A stretch of DNA of 64,000 nucleotides from NCBI GenBank assembly GCA_000004985.1, contig GG738861.1, one strand, 5' to 3'. Positions within the stretch are counted from its first letter, which is position 1. Every line of letters starts with the position of its first letter. This DNA comes from Naegleria gruberi (taxonomy: Eukaryota). Positions 12,908 to 24,018 of this stretch are shown here, one piece after another. Below the pieces are notes generated by a model. It was not told where the DNA came from and did no database searches. It worked only from the letters and a program-made list of their open reading frames with translations. A program made the position numbers and the translations under genes.

Positions 12908-14347
12908 TTATCGTTCTTTATTCAAAGTAGAGTTGAGAGCAATTTCTTGTGAAAGTGTAATGTCTTTTCTTTCAGGAATTGCAAATGAAATGTTGGATAA
13001 ATTAGCTCCAGCCAATTCATGCTTTTTTCTAATTCTTAATTTGGTTGAGTGGAGAAATTGTAACTTTTTCCAAACTTCTGTTCTTATCGATTTGAAAAAT
13101 TCCAAAGGTTTACGATATTGAACAATATCAGCAAATGGTAAAACACATTCTTGTTGTTTCCAAATTGTAATATCATCATCAAAAATTACAGTTTCAAAAC
13201 AGTCAATATCAAACTTTTTCAAATCTTTCAATCCTAGTGGTTTTGGAATACTTTCATGAGGAGTCATATCTTCTCTTGATTTAAGCATCTTTTTCAATGC
13301 AATTGTATCATCTACATCAATATATTTGATTAAATGTTCCTTGTTTGGATCTAGAATTTTACAAACTTCTCTTGCATATTCAAATATACTATTTGTAAAA
13401 ATGTATACTTGAAAAACTGTACAACACCATGAAAGTAATTGTTGTGTACCTGGTCTCACATAACAAACATATTTAGAACCAAGAACTGAAAATTCATATT
13501 CTGATGGATTTGAAATTACTTCATTAGGATTCATAACTCTTGTTCTAATTAGAGTTTCATCAAGATCAAGAGCCATTACAAATTTTGGAACTATTATACA
13601 AGTTAATTTGGAATCAAATTCAAAATCATCAAGTAAATAACCTTCTAAACTACATGGTGTATCAGAATATGATTTATCATTAATATGATCGAATACTAAA
13701 ATTTGATGTGTATGATTTGGTATTGGAACTATGGCAATTTCTGATTTTCTAACCAACATTCCTTTTAAATAACATAAAATATACCTAGATTGTTCATCCT
13801 TTCCAGAAATTTCAAATTGTGGAATATAATCATGAAATAAATTAGTTTTTAAATCCTTATATAATGATAAACTTTCATCTGAAATAAAATCCTTAATTTC
13901 CAAGTAAATGTCATTATTATTAAGTTTGACATCACTCTTTAAATGTGGATTTGATATAATATTTACAATTTGTTCTTCCATTTTGTGACTCTTATCTCCA
14001 TTATTCTTTAATGTAAATGTAACATTGGCAAATAGACCTTTTGTTGCTTTAAAATTACAATTAAATTTCCTAGTTCTCTTCTTTTGAGTAGTTGTATTAG
14101 AAGTTTGTTTTGAAATAAGTGGAGGTGAAACACTGAATTTAAGTGGATTCAATTTAGTTTTCTTTGGTGGTGTTTGTGTTTTATCTTCAAGATCCCATAA
14201 AGAACTCTCATCAGGAGTTGCAGGTGACAATTCATCAGCAGATAAATCATCAATCAGTGTTGGATCATCAATTTGTGATGAAGTACTTTCATAATCAAAA
14301 GCATCATCAAGTTTTCTCTTTCCTGTGAATGCTGTTGTTGTTGCCAT
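12908..14347 (-). CDS. FCP1-homology/NIF-family (CTD-phosphatase-like) HAD phosphatase
   Basis: MALDLDETLIRT (DxDxT motif), YVCYVRPGTQQLL and FTNSIFEYAREVCKILDP blocks typical of SCP/FCP1/Dullard phosphatases. An acidic N-terminal region precedes the true ATG at 14347. Confidence 0.75.
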   Translation of the reverse strand: MATTTAFTGKRKLDDAFDYESTSSQIDDPTLIDDLSADELSPATPDESSLWDLEDKTQTPPKKTKLNPLKFSVSPPLISKQTSNTTTQKKRTRKFNCNFKATKGLFANVTFTLKNNGDKSHKMEEQIVNIISNPHLKSDVKLNNNDIYLEIKDFISDESLSLYKDLKTNLFHDYIPQFEISGKDEQSRYILCYLKGMLVRKSEIAIVPIPNHTHQILVFDHINDKSYSDTPCSLEGYLLDDFEFDSKLTCIIVPKFVMALDLDETLIRTRVMNPNEVISNPSEYEFSVLGSKYVCYVRPGTQQLLSWCCTVFQVYIFTNSIFEYAREVCKILDPNKEHLIKYIDVDDTIALKKMLKSREDMTPHESIPKPLGLKDLKKFDIDCFETVIFDDDITIWKQQECVLPFADIVQYRKPLEFFKSIRTEVWKKLQFLHSTKLRIRKKHELAGANLSNISFAIPERKDITLSQEIALNSTLNKER

Positions 14348-14826
14348 TATAAATGGTCTGTCTCTCTCGTAGTCAATTGTTACTATATTCAAGTCTATAT
14401 TTAGAGTTGAAACTCTTTGTTCGCTAAAGAAAATATTCCAAAAATGCGGTTGTAGTTGTTGAGCGCAATTTATTGTTGCGTCGAGTTGTGTTGTTTTTTT
14501 TAACGATGAATTTTGTTTGTGTGTTGCGTGATTTAGCGTTGGAACTTGCTTTGCTTCCTCTGTATGTTGGAATTTGGACTTCCAGTAAAAACCAGAATCG
14601 ACTTCTTTTTCCCGAACAAGTCTGAAAAAACAAAAATATTTTTGGCGCGCTTATGGATGGTATTACCATCATAATATTGGATTGCAAAGATGTTCTTCAA
14701 AGGATTCTTCGGGTATGATGATATCAAATAAATTGAATATTGAATAGTAATTGGATTTATCTTGTTCAATTTACATAAGGCAATGTGTTTTTATAGTTTA
14801 CAAAAAATTAATACTTTACAATGCAA

Positions 14827-16209
14827 CTATTGCAGATCGTGTCGACATACAGGGCATGTATGCTTTCTTTCAAACCATTTTCCAATACACTCACTATGAA
14901 AGAAATGTTCACAAGGTAATGTTGTCGACCACTGTCCTCTACAAACATCGGTCTGACATATTGGACATTCCTCTCCTTCTATGAGTCTTGAGGTTGGCAA
15001 TTTATTCCAAATTTCTCTCTTCAGTGGCACGACAACATCCTCAAATGCTTCAAGGTTATGTTCATATGAATCAAAGTTATCTTGTCGTGGTTCTTCGTGT
15101 TGATTGGTGAAGGGTTGGAGAATGAGTTGATTTGCATGATGATGGTTTTGATGATGGTGTTGGAGAGGAAACAAGTTATGGTGATGATTGAGTGGTGGTG
15201 GATTGGCATCTTCAAGGAAGAGCTCTTCCTGTAATTTTCTGGCATATTCCTCATCGTCATGAATAGAATGATTCAAATTTTGTCGTTCTTGTACAATGGG
15301 TAATTTTGGTTGTCTTGATTGAGGAGGCAGTCTTGGTTGTCTTGTAACACTTTGTTGTACTGGAATATAGAGTTGTTGCTCTATTGGTGTTTGATTTACA
15401 AGAGCTGGTCTAAATACATTTCTTTGATTTTGTAAAACTTGATTAAATTGATCTCTATTTCCATACTCTAATGGATCGATTTCTCTGGAAATTTCTTGTT
15501 TTTTCTCAGTCTTCTTTTTGATTGGAACTACTCTTGGAGGAGAATTTTCCAAATATGTATCCTGTTTTAGTAAAACTGATTTTGATGCCAAATTGAGATT
15601 ATTTCTTTTTTCTGGAGTAGTAGTAGTATTAGAAAATAATGAAGTTGGTCTTATTGGATCTGTTGAGGAATATACCGAAACTGATTCACTACCTGGTTGT
15701 GTCGGTGGTCTATAAACAAATTTTTGTTGTGGACTAATTTGTGTCTGTGGCTGTGGCTGTGTCTGTTGTCCAAAAAGAAATTGTTGTGGTGGTTGGACAG
15801 TAGCATCTCTAATCACCTCTTTCTGTTTCTTACTCCTCTCCTTCAACTTTTTATTTTCATTACTCAATCGAGCATTCTCCTCTTGGAGTGTCTGAATTTC
15901 TCTTCTCAATCTCTCAATTTCTAACTGTTTTTCCTCTTTAATCAAACGAATTTCTCTTCATTGAAGTTACAATAAATTATTATTATCATTATTAAATGTT
16001 TATTATAAAATCACTCAAAAGTTAACTTACTCATCCCTTTCACTCAGATCAAATATTAATTGTTGGCATACGATGCAATCAATTCCATCGAGTGGATTGA
16101 ATTGTTGTTGTTGTTGTTGATCATTCCGAGGTTGTTGATGACGATTAAATTGATGAAACATTTTTTTGTGTTTTTTGTGTCTTGGAATTGGTGATTTTTT
16201 TATTCCCAA
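14827..16209 (-). CDS. RING-H2 finger E3 ligase-like protein with N-terminal coiled coil; exons 16209..16031 and 15955..14827
   Basis: C-terminal CPICQ...LPCEHFFHSECIGKWF...CPVCR is a RING-H2 motif. A GTAAGT donor follows ...SERDE and an AG acceptor precedes EIRLIKEEKQ, with phase 2 consistent. Confidence 0.7.
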
Positions 16210-16379
16210 GCCAAAAATAGGTTGGGAATTCTCAACAAGGGAATTTTAGCAAACAAAACAATAACATTATATATTGGTCACAAATTACAGCTAAATCATC
16301 CTTTTGAGGAACTGTGATGGATCTTTGAGGTAGTGGCTTTACAACCTCCATTCCCAAAAACTCATTAGAAATACTTTTT

Positions 16380-17626
16380 GGTATAGTGATTGTAAACTTG
16401 GCACAACAAGTTGTGAAAAGCTTCAGAAGTATTCCAACTTTCAACTATTGAAAATAATTGTTTGAATTTTCTCTATGGAGTGTGTACTTTCAAAATTTCA
16501 ATTAATATTGATGAGGGTGGACAAACGCGCTGAAGCAAATCGCTTATTAGCACAATTTCTGAATGCGGTCAAACTTTCGAATAAATTCTGAGGATCTAAG
16601 AGTGGGAATTTTTCAATTCAAAACACAAAAGAAAATGAGTAAAAAGTATAACATTGGTATTATTGGTGCAGGTAATATTGGATCTGCATTGGCCAAACAT
16701 TTGGTTGCTTTGGGTCATTCAGTTGTTATTGCAAATTCTCGTGGTCCTCAAACTTTGATCGAAGTTGAAAAGGAAACAGGAGCAAAGGCAGTTCAAATCT
16801 CTGAAACAATCAAAGACATTGTCATTGTAACCATTCCATTCAAAAATATTGAACAATTACCTAAAGATTTATTTAGAAATGCTCCAAAAGATTTGGTCAT
16901 TATTGATACTAATAATTATTATCCAGGATTTAGAGATGCTCCAATTGAATCGTTGGATAAACTTGAATTAACTCATAGTGAATGGGTTTCCAAAACAATT
17001 GGAAGATCAGTTGTTAAGGTTTTTAACAATATTTCAACCTACAGTTTGAAATTCAAGCCAACTCAAGATAAAAAACACAGAGTGGCTCTTCCAATTGCAG
17101 GAGATGATGAAAAGGCTAAGGCAATTGTCTTTGATTTGGTTGACCAAATTGGTTTTGATCCAGTTGATGCAGGTTCTTTGAAAGATTCTTGGAGACAACA
17201 TCCAGGAACTCCTTCCTATGGTTGTGACTATGGCAAGGAAGAATTGCAAGAAAAATTGAAACAAGCTGATCAATCTCTCTCACTTAAAAAACTTCAACAA
17301 GCTTTCGTTCTCTATGGACAAGCAGTTGAACAGTTCAATAAGGAGAAGGGAAAGGAGTGGACAATGGTAGAATATCTCTTACAAGGAGGAGAAGAGTTCA
17401 ATGATAAGTTTGTTGATATTCAACGTTCACTTTATCAATAAATATTCTATACGTGTTAGTGATACCAACATAAATTATCAATTCGTTGTTGCTTTTTACA
17501 CTTTTGCAAGTATATATAATTGAGAGAAATTCCAAGGCGAACCAACACACTTGGTGAAGCATAGTCATACATTGATTTTTGGTAGAGGACGTGTCGAATA
17601 CTTGATATGAGGTCAATATCATTTTT
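16380..17626. repeat. Inverted repeat copy A (~1.25 kb), partner at 41262..42440
   Basis: The reverse complement of 41262–42440 aligns base-for-base apart from scattered substitutions and one 58-bp indel (extra sequence about 17489–17546 in copy A). It spans ~190 bp upstream, the whole F420-reductase-like ORF, and ~185 bp downstream. Confidence 0.8.
16635..17441 (+). CDS. NADPH-dependent F420 reductase-like / COG2085 dinucleotide-binding oxidoreductase, copy 1 (intronless, prokaryote-type)
   Basis: N-terminal Rossmann motif IGIIGAGNIGSALAKHL, VVIDTNN and DAG motifs match the PF03807 F420_oxidored family. It differs from copy 2 at 4–5 aa. Confidence 0.8.
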   Translation: MSKKYNIGIIGAGNIGSALAKHLVALGHSVVIANSRGPQTLIEVEKETGAKAVQISETIKDIVIVTIPFKNIEQLPKDLFRNAPKDLVIIDTNNYYPGFRDAPIESLDKLELTHSEWVSKTIGRSVVKVFNNISTYSLKFKPTQDKKHRVALPIAGDDEKAKAIVFDLVDQIGFDPVDAGSLKDSWRQHPGTPSYGCDYGKEELQEKLKQADQSLSLKKLQQAFVLYGQAVEQFNKEKGKEWTMVEYLLQGGEEFNDKFVDIQRSLYQ

Positions 17627-20062
17627 CAATTCATCTGAGGCATATTTAAGAGCTATAGGACAGATATCAAGTACTTTCTTGAAGAATTCACGATTTCCTT
17701 TGAGTCTTTCAGAAATAAATTGTAAATTTTGGAATTTTTCCTCAGCTGTAAGGAGTGACAATACGAAGTCTCCATCATCTCTGAAATGGGGTGGAACATG
17801 TTCGAGTACTTGGTTTGTTATTTCATTAGATCCAATAATTACGCTCTCCGTAATCTGATTTGCATCTAAATACTCTATGATGGGTATTAATCTACAAATA
17901 CCTTCCAAAAATGAAATATCTTGTTTAAGATTTTCTGGAAATTGAGTAAAATCAAGCATGTAACAGTCTCGTGTTTGGTAAATCAGATATATGGCGTTTG
18001 AAACATCATACTCAAAGACATGTATCCATTGTTGAGTTAAACTTGGAGGAAATTTGAATTCACAAGTTTGTACATTGGTTTCCTCTTCATGATAAGAATA
18101 CACCATTGAGAGAATTGGATAGGTAAATATGTCCTCAACATGGAAGTTCATTCGCTTCACTTCTTGCATGACAAATTCTCTATCCATTAACAACTGAGCA
18201 CCAGCAAAGTATAACGGCTCTCTTGTAATGTTACTTGTTTCAGACATGGTTTGGTAAATATCCAATTGTTCTTCCTTATTTTCTATAAGATGATAGTCAA
18301 ATATCTTGTGAGGAGCTTGGTTACATTCTATTAAAAGCTTCTTTACAAGTTTTGTATTTGCTCTCAATCGTGGGGATGCATAACGAAAGAGGTCAACTTC
18401 ACCATACTTGACAACTTTCTCAATAAACTCTTCATTGTCTCTTAAAGATTGAGGGAAAATTTGCAAGATTTTGCTCTTGGATTTGAGAGGGAGAGTTCTA
18501 TATAGTGCTGGTATGCAACCACTTGCTATTTGGAAATCCAATCTCACAGCCTCTGAGAAGTGTGGATAAATCTCTGCTTTCTGTTCGATGCAATGTCTAC
18601 ACAGTTCAAGACTATTTCTAATACATTCTGGTGCATGTTTGATATTCAAGTCTAAAACGAAAAATTTACGATAAAGTGAAATGTCAGATCTGATTTCTTC
18701 TCCAAATAAATCAAATATGTCGTTGTAGGGAGTCAACATTGAATCTGCAACTTCCTTTGAGTTTCTAATTTTGTCAGAGGCAAATCGTATTGCATTCTCA
18801 GCCCCATAAACTTTCGAATGAATTGCAATATTTACCACTTCAATGTTATTTCGAATATCTTCAGAAGCAAAGGCAAGGGCCTCAGGGAATTTGTCAACAA
18901 TTTGTGAAACCAGTTCTATATCATTCTTCCAATGATGAGGCATTAGTTGTAATAAACACCCTTCAATAGAGAGCATTTGTTTCAAAGTGTCAGTACTCAA
19001 TTTTTCGTAATGTTCTATTGGTACTACTGTTGGTGATATCAAATTGGCATCCACAAGTTTTTTCCAAAATTCAAAATCGAAAGCATCACAATATTTGAAA
19101 AGTTGAACTTGTAGACCATATCTCTTGATCCAATCAAACATGAAATCACAATCTTGGGTGAGAGTAGAATTCATTAGAAATTCCAATGATCCACATTCCA
19201 ATATAAATTCAGGATCATTACGCCAACCAAAAGGTACAATCTTCATAAATTGTGAAGTACCTTTCCCACTCTTCAATGCCTCAATAACGAATGCCTGTTC
19301 TGGCCATGTCTTTCTCAAAAAGAAAATAACCTTTGGATTAGATCTAATGGCCTCCAACACTATCTCTCTATAACTTGTAATACTTTTGCAAGTTGACTTA
19401 ATTCCATACTGATATGCTAACCAAGCTTCAGAATGTAGTGGAATAAAATTGATCAGCCTATTCGGATTCTTAAACAAACTAATCAGTCCTTGCTGTGGCT
19501 TATTAGAGAAATCACACTTGTACAATACATCTTTCAGTTTTGGATCTTTCTTCAAGCTCTCAATATTTAAAGTCATATTGATAACATCCAAGTCACCTCT
19601 CAACCTCTCTGAAGCATATCGAAAGGCACTCTGGTGATGTTTTACACATTCCATCACAAATTCCTTATCATCCTTCAATTCCTCACTCGCAAATTTCATC
19701 AACAATCCTCTCTCCTTCACAACAGCTAACATATGAAACCTATCATTTGGAAATGGAATTGGATTCTGTTTAATGTACTTGATCACATAGGTCCAATCAT
19801 TCCGATGCAAACTAACAAGTTGATACAAGTATTCATAATTTTGCAGAGTATTCATTCGGGTTGTATGGTACCTATTTTTCAGACCGTTTAAACATTTTAA
19901 TGAAAAAGATTGATCATTGCCATCATCGTCATCATTATCGGCACCATTCGATGATGAATAATGATGAAAGATACCATCTATGAGAATTATTTTGGTGCTC
20001 ATTTTTTTTTTGATTTTAAAACATTGAAATTCTTTATTGGGAATTTGTTTCCTTATTGGCAT
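17456..20062 (-). CDS. DUF4116 repeat-containing protein (868 aa)
   Basis: At least six DUF4116-like repeat units (e.g. DKEFVMECVKHHQSAFRYASERLRGD, PEALAFASEDIRNNIEVV, NEEFIEKVVKYGEVDLFRYASPRLRAN). The alternative ATG at 20002 follows a poly-T tract. The last ~56 codons lie inside inverted-repeat copy A. Confidence 0.65.
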   Translation of the reverse strand: MPIRKQIPNKEFQCFKIKKKMSTKIILIDGIFHHYSSSNGADNDDDDGNDQSFSLKCLNGLKNRYHTTRMNTLQNYEYLYQLVSLHRNDWTYVIKYIKQNPIPFPNDRFHMLAVVKERGLLMKFASEELKDDKEFVMECVKHHQSAFRYASERLRGDLDVINMTLNIESLKKDPKLKDVLYKCDFSNKPQQGLISLFKNPNRLINFIPLHSEAWLAYQYGIKSTCKSITSYREIVLEAIRSNPKVIFFLRKTWPEQAFVIEALKSGKGTSQFMKIVPFGWRNDPEFILECGSLEFLMNSTLTQDCDFMFDWIKRYGLQVQLFKYCDAFDFEFWKKLVDANLISPTVVPIEHYEKLSTDTLKQMLSIEGCLLQLMPHHWKNDIELVSQIVDKFPEALAFASEDIRNNIEVVNIAIHSKVYGAENAIRFASDKIRNSKEVADSMLTPYNDIFDLFGEEIRSDISLYRKFFVLDLNIKHAPECIRNSLELCRHCIEQKAEIYPHFSEAVRLDFQIASGCIPALYRTLPLKSKSKILQIFPQSLRDNEEFIEKVVKYGEVDLFRYASPRLRANTKLVKKLLIECNQAPHKIFDYHLIENKEEQLDIYQTMSETSNITREPLYFAGAQLLMDREFVMQEVKRMNFHVEDIFTYPILSMVYSYHEEETNVQTCEFKFPPSLTQQWIHVFEYDVSNAIYLIYQTRDCYMLDFTQFPENLKQDISFLEGICRLIPIIEYLDANQITESVIIGSNEITNQVLEHVPPHFRDDGDFVLSLLTAEEKFQNLQFISERLKGNREFFKKVLDICPIALKYASDELKNDIDLISSIRHVLYQKSMYDYASPSVLVRLGISLNYIYLQKCKKQQRIDNLCWYH

Positions 20063-20296
20063 ACCAATTAGGATAAAAGGGAAAAGAAGTAATTAAGGTT
20101 TGAAGTTCTATAGTACTTGATGTTTACAAAAATCAATCAATTCCCTTGCTGGAATGTCTTGAGGATATTTCGATGAGAAATCTTGCAATTCAAAAACAGC
20201 CTCCTTGAACTGAGATCCACCAATCAAATCAACGGCCTTATTATACTGAATCCATTTTCCTTTCTTTTCCTTTGCTTCCAATTCGTACATCCATTC

Positions 20297-22673
20297 TTAA
20301 TGTGTGTGATATTTGTCCATAAAGTCAATTTCAAAAAAAACAATTGAAACAACCAACTTACCATCCATTGCCACATCATTTCTCTCTCCAATTTCATAAA
20401 CTGCAACATTATCCTTTCCAAACTTATCATATGAAATCCCAAACACAAAATTATTCTTATCAAAGGTGGCTAGCTCTGCATTTGCAATGAATCGATTCTG
20501 ATATTGCTTTTCAATTTCATCTCTCACACGTTTGGTGACCAGTATCGACACTTCATATCTTGAGGCCAAATCTGCCATACACTGAATATTTCCATTGATT
20601 GGTCCCATTATTGTGAAGGATTTGTAGTTTTTGGTACCAACATTTCCAGTCATGGATTTTTGGCTATCAATGGTGGTACTGAAAATAATGGTTCTGTTGC
20701 TCCATCGTTTCTTTAACTCTTCTGATTTCTTGATAAGAGTTTCGGCTGTTGAGAGGGCTTTCGAAATGTGTGAGGGACAATCTGAGGCTGAATTCCAAGA
20801 CATTGTAATGAATCCATTTTCAAAATTGCCGATTTGTCCCTTTGAAGTTTTGGTTGTTTGTTCCAATAGGGTGAAAACTTCAGACGAAATTTGAATGATT
20901 TCATTCGAATTTAGGTTTTCACACAGGTGAAACTTGAATCCAAGTATTGAAATATCTCTACATTCCAATCCAAGATCGAATTTTGAAATAGATTGAGTAT
21001 TCTTCAAGCTCATCATTGATTCTTCGGTTTTGGAAACTTGCCTTGAAGGTCTTGAACTTTTGGACATGAAGGAGGTTCGAGAGGCCAGTTCAGCATTTGA
21101 AGATTGTTGGTCATCATTGTGTTTTTCATTGGTTGGCAGGTTTTCTACACCCTTCTTATCTAATTCCTGTAAGAGATGAGGTGGAAGGAAAGCTCTGTAT
21201 AGTCTGAGTCTTTCCACTAAAAAGACGAAACTTGTTTGAATTGTAGAAACTTCAGAAAAGAATGAATTCTTAACATGAATAGAATCCAGATCCATATTCG
21301 CAACTGAAGCAAACATGACCACCAAATCATAGAATGGTTTGATTATCCTAACTGAGAATACAGCTCCAGAAATTCCTCCAATTGAAACAATGAAAACACT
21401 CAACAATAAAGCAACCACAATTGCAATTATCATTTGTCCAAGATAGAACCATTGAGGCACTGCCAAGATAAGCGTCCAATCCAAGTCTTGAGCAGTACAA
21501 ACTCTTACCAAGCTCACATAATTGGAATCCAATGGAAATGAAGCCATTTCATTACACGGAATACTAGTCAACTTGCCATATTTGTCATAGATACTATTGG
21601 ACACTTGCTTAATAGTTGGTTCTCCAAATTGACTACCTTTGTATCTATTATATTTGTATTGATTAATCTTTTCAAATACAGGAATATCAGGAAAGCTCGC
21701 TGCGAACTTTGTATTAGATTCCAAACTATTCCAACTTACTTGCAATAATATATTCAGTAGAAGTTTCCAACACAAATGCAACAGATCCAGTCAAATGTAC
21801 AATTGCCTCCTTCAAATAGGTAGAAAACGATTCCACACTCAAATCATACATAAACCAAGAGGCCAACTGTGTAGGATCTGTTGCATTTGGCACACTCGTC
21901 ACAATGGTCATGAAAACAATCGAATAACTGATATAACTTGGCACAAATGATGTTTTCCCCACTCGTGCACTTGCCCACTCAATTCCACTCAATCCATATC
22001 TCCTATCAATCTCATCTGGCTCACTATTTCTCACACAATATTCATTCTTGGCAAAGTCGTTACATTTCCATAGATAGGTTTCGTTTCTCGGATTGATTCC
22101 ATCCCACATGGAGAAGAAGAAAGTCTCCTCACCAACATAAATGCCAACACTATTCCTCTCGATATCTCCCATGTACATGGTCACTGCTACATCTGGTCTC
22201 AATTCTGATTCCAATTTGTATAATTGATAGGTCCAGTCAGAGACCAAATCGAAATTCCTAATGTCAAAGTTTCGTCTCATTAAATGGTTGACAGTTTGAG
22301 CCATTTGAACAATTTCATCGAGTGTTGTAAAAATGTGGGTCTGTAATTTTGTAAATTCGTGGTCTCTGTTTTGAGCAGTCAATTGGGAGAGACTCACTCC
22401 AAATGAGCTAGCCCATACAATGGTAATGATGGCAACAGAAACGAGAATGACAGTGCTGAGCATGAGGATGAGGCAAAATCTTACTGAACGATAGAAACCA
22501 TTTTTTTGTTGTTGGTGACTAGTTTCGTCCAGCAGAAATTGTTCTTGGTCTTCCTCTTGATGGGTCGAGTCCTTATCATTGGTTTTGTACTTTGAGGAAG
22601 AAATGGGAGCGACTCTTGTCATTTTGTTTTTTTTTTGAATTTTGTTATCTCCAGTTGTAGCGAATAAAGACAT
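20297..22673 (-). CDS. Receptor-type class-III nucleotidyl-cyclase-like protein (TM – extracellular sensor domain – TM – degenerate cyclase homology domain); two ORF frames with an unresolved junction near 21726–21781
   Basis: Topology: N-terminal TM (FCLILMLSTVILVSVAIITIVWA), ~350-aa extracytoplasmic domain, second TM (MIIAIVVALLLSVFIVSIGG), then RDISILGFKF...GQIGNFENGFITMSWN resembling the cyclase core RxVTVLFADIVGFT...GDAxMA but lacking the metal-binding Asp residues. The two reading frames overlap; a GTAAGT sits at the junction, but no simple GT-AG intron restores the frame. Confidence 0.45.
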
Positions 22674-22982
22674 TAGTCAAGAAACATCACTCAATTAAAA
22701 TCAAGTTGACTTGTTGAGATTGGCATTTCTGGATGTCCATCATCATGTATAATTGTCTCCACCATACAATCTCTCAGCTATGAACATTCAAATATGTCAT
22801 TATTTCGATTACAAATCACAAATACGAATGTGATCTTGAGAAGGGTATTTTTTAATATTAAACATTTGCTTGTTTTATTTCTAAGCTAGCTATTTATTCG
22901 AATTGGAAAATAATTTTATATTCTAAATAAGAATTACAAGGCAGGTTTGCCTGCCCATACATCCTTTCCAAATCCGCATTCA

Positions 22983-24018
22983 TTATGTCCTCTTAGAATC
23001 CAGAAATATCCATCCAATCCCCAAGCTATCACAATAATGAACACTCACATGATGATAAACTCCCGACTTGTATGAGAACAGATCACGATAGACAGCAATG
23101 GCTACTTGCACAGAACCATGAGTTTTGATTTCAGTCATAATCTCAACCATGTTTTCTAATTTCTTAGCAGCTGCTGCTTTGTAAAATTTGGAAGTTTGTC
23201 CTGGAACTGTGCATTTGGAAGGACAATGGCCAACTGTACCATTTCCAGATGAATATGGAACACAAGAATCAGTTGGAATACCTACAGAGACGAGGAATTG
23301 CCATGCAGCATGTAAAGTACCTCCTTAATATTTTTGATTTTTACAGTTATTGGAATTTTGTAAAGAATATTGTAAAATATTTTTCAAACGTACCATTACA
23401 AGCATTATTTTGAGCACTACATTCAAGCATGTATTCAGGTGATAGCATTACTTGAACGCTACCATTGGAATAAACACAAAATCTATCAGAGAGTACAGCA
23501 CTTGCCTGATATAATATTAATTTTCAATGAAATTCACACAAAACTTACAGAAACTATTTGAAATTATCAATTTCAGAGTGAATTAAACTTACATGCCCAA
23601 CAACTACCACATTGTTCTTGATTTCTGATTGGGGTAATGCAATGTGGCCATTCTTTTCTAGCATCAAATTGTTCTGGTAAATTTCTCACTTTGGTCAACT
23701 CTGCCCTGACATTAAATTTACTACGAGTTGGTTCAGTAAAATTATGAACACCCAAATACTACAAGATTACATCCCACTCTATTAGAAAATTAAATAAAAT
23801 TAAATACCAACCTTTCTAAAATCGGATAATTTCATATTATCAAAGTGTGGATAAGAAGTTGCTCTCCAACCAACTCCAACTTGTGAATTTACTTGTTCAA
23901 CAAGTGCTCTGGTTTGGATCGGTTTATTCCAGAAATCTTTCTCTTCGGCGAAAAGAAATGTGACAGCCAAGAGAAGCAAGCAGATAACAAGGAAACTATT
24001 GTAGACGAAACCGTTCAT
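22983..24018 (-). CDS. Cathepsin B-like papain-family cysteine protease, at least 5 exons, possibly C-terminally truncated
   Basis: Signal peptide, then [30 protein letters not shown] (active-site Cys), [25 protein letters not shown] and YKSGVYHHV blocks across GT-AG introns. After GVYHH the frame reads [12 protein letters not shown] and stops, with no ANSWN-type Asn block found. Confidence 0.6.

Noticed and set aside
16232-16444. 70-aa minus-strand ORF upstream of F420-reductase copy 1 (and its counterpart near 42300)
   Set aside because: It falls inside the duplicated 5' flank and has no start context or motif. It is most likely non-coding promoter sequence.
22925-22960. Perfect hairpin GGCAGGTTTGCCTGCC near the 3' end of the cathepsin B gene
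   Set aside because: A 6-bp stem in AT-rich eukaryotic DNA is expected by chance, and rho-independent terminator logic does not apply to a nuclear gene.
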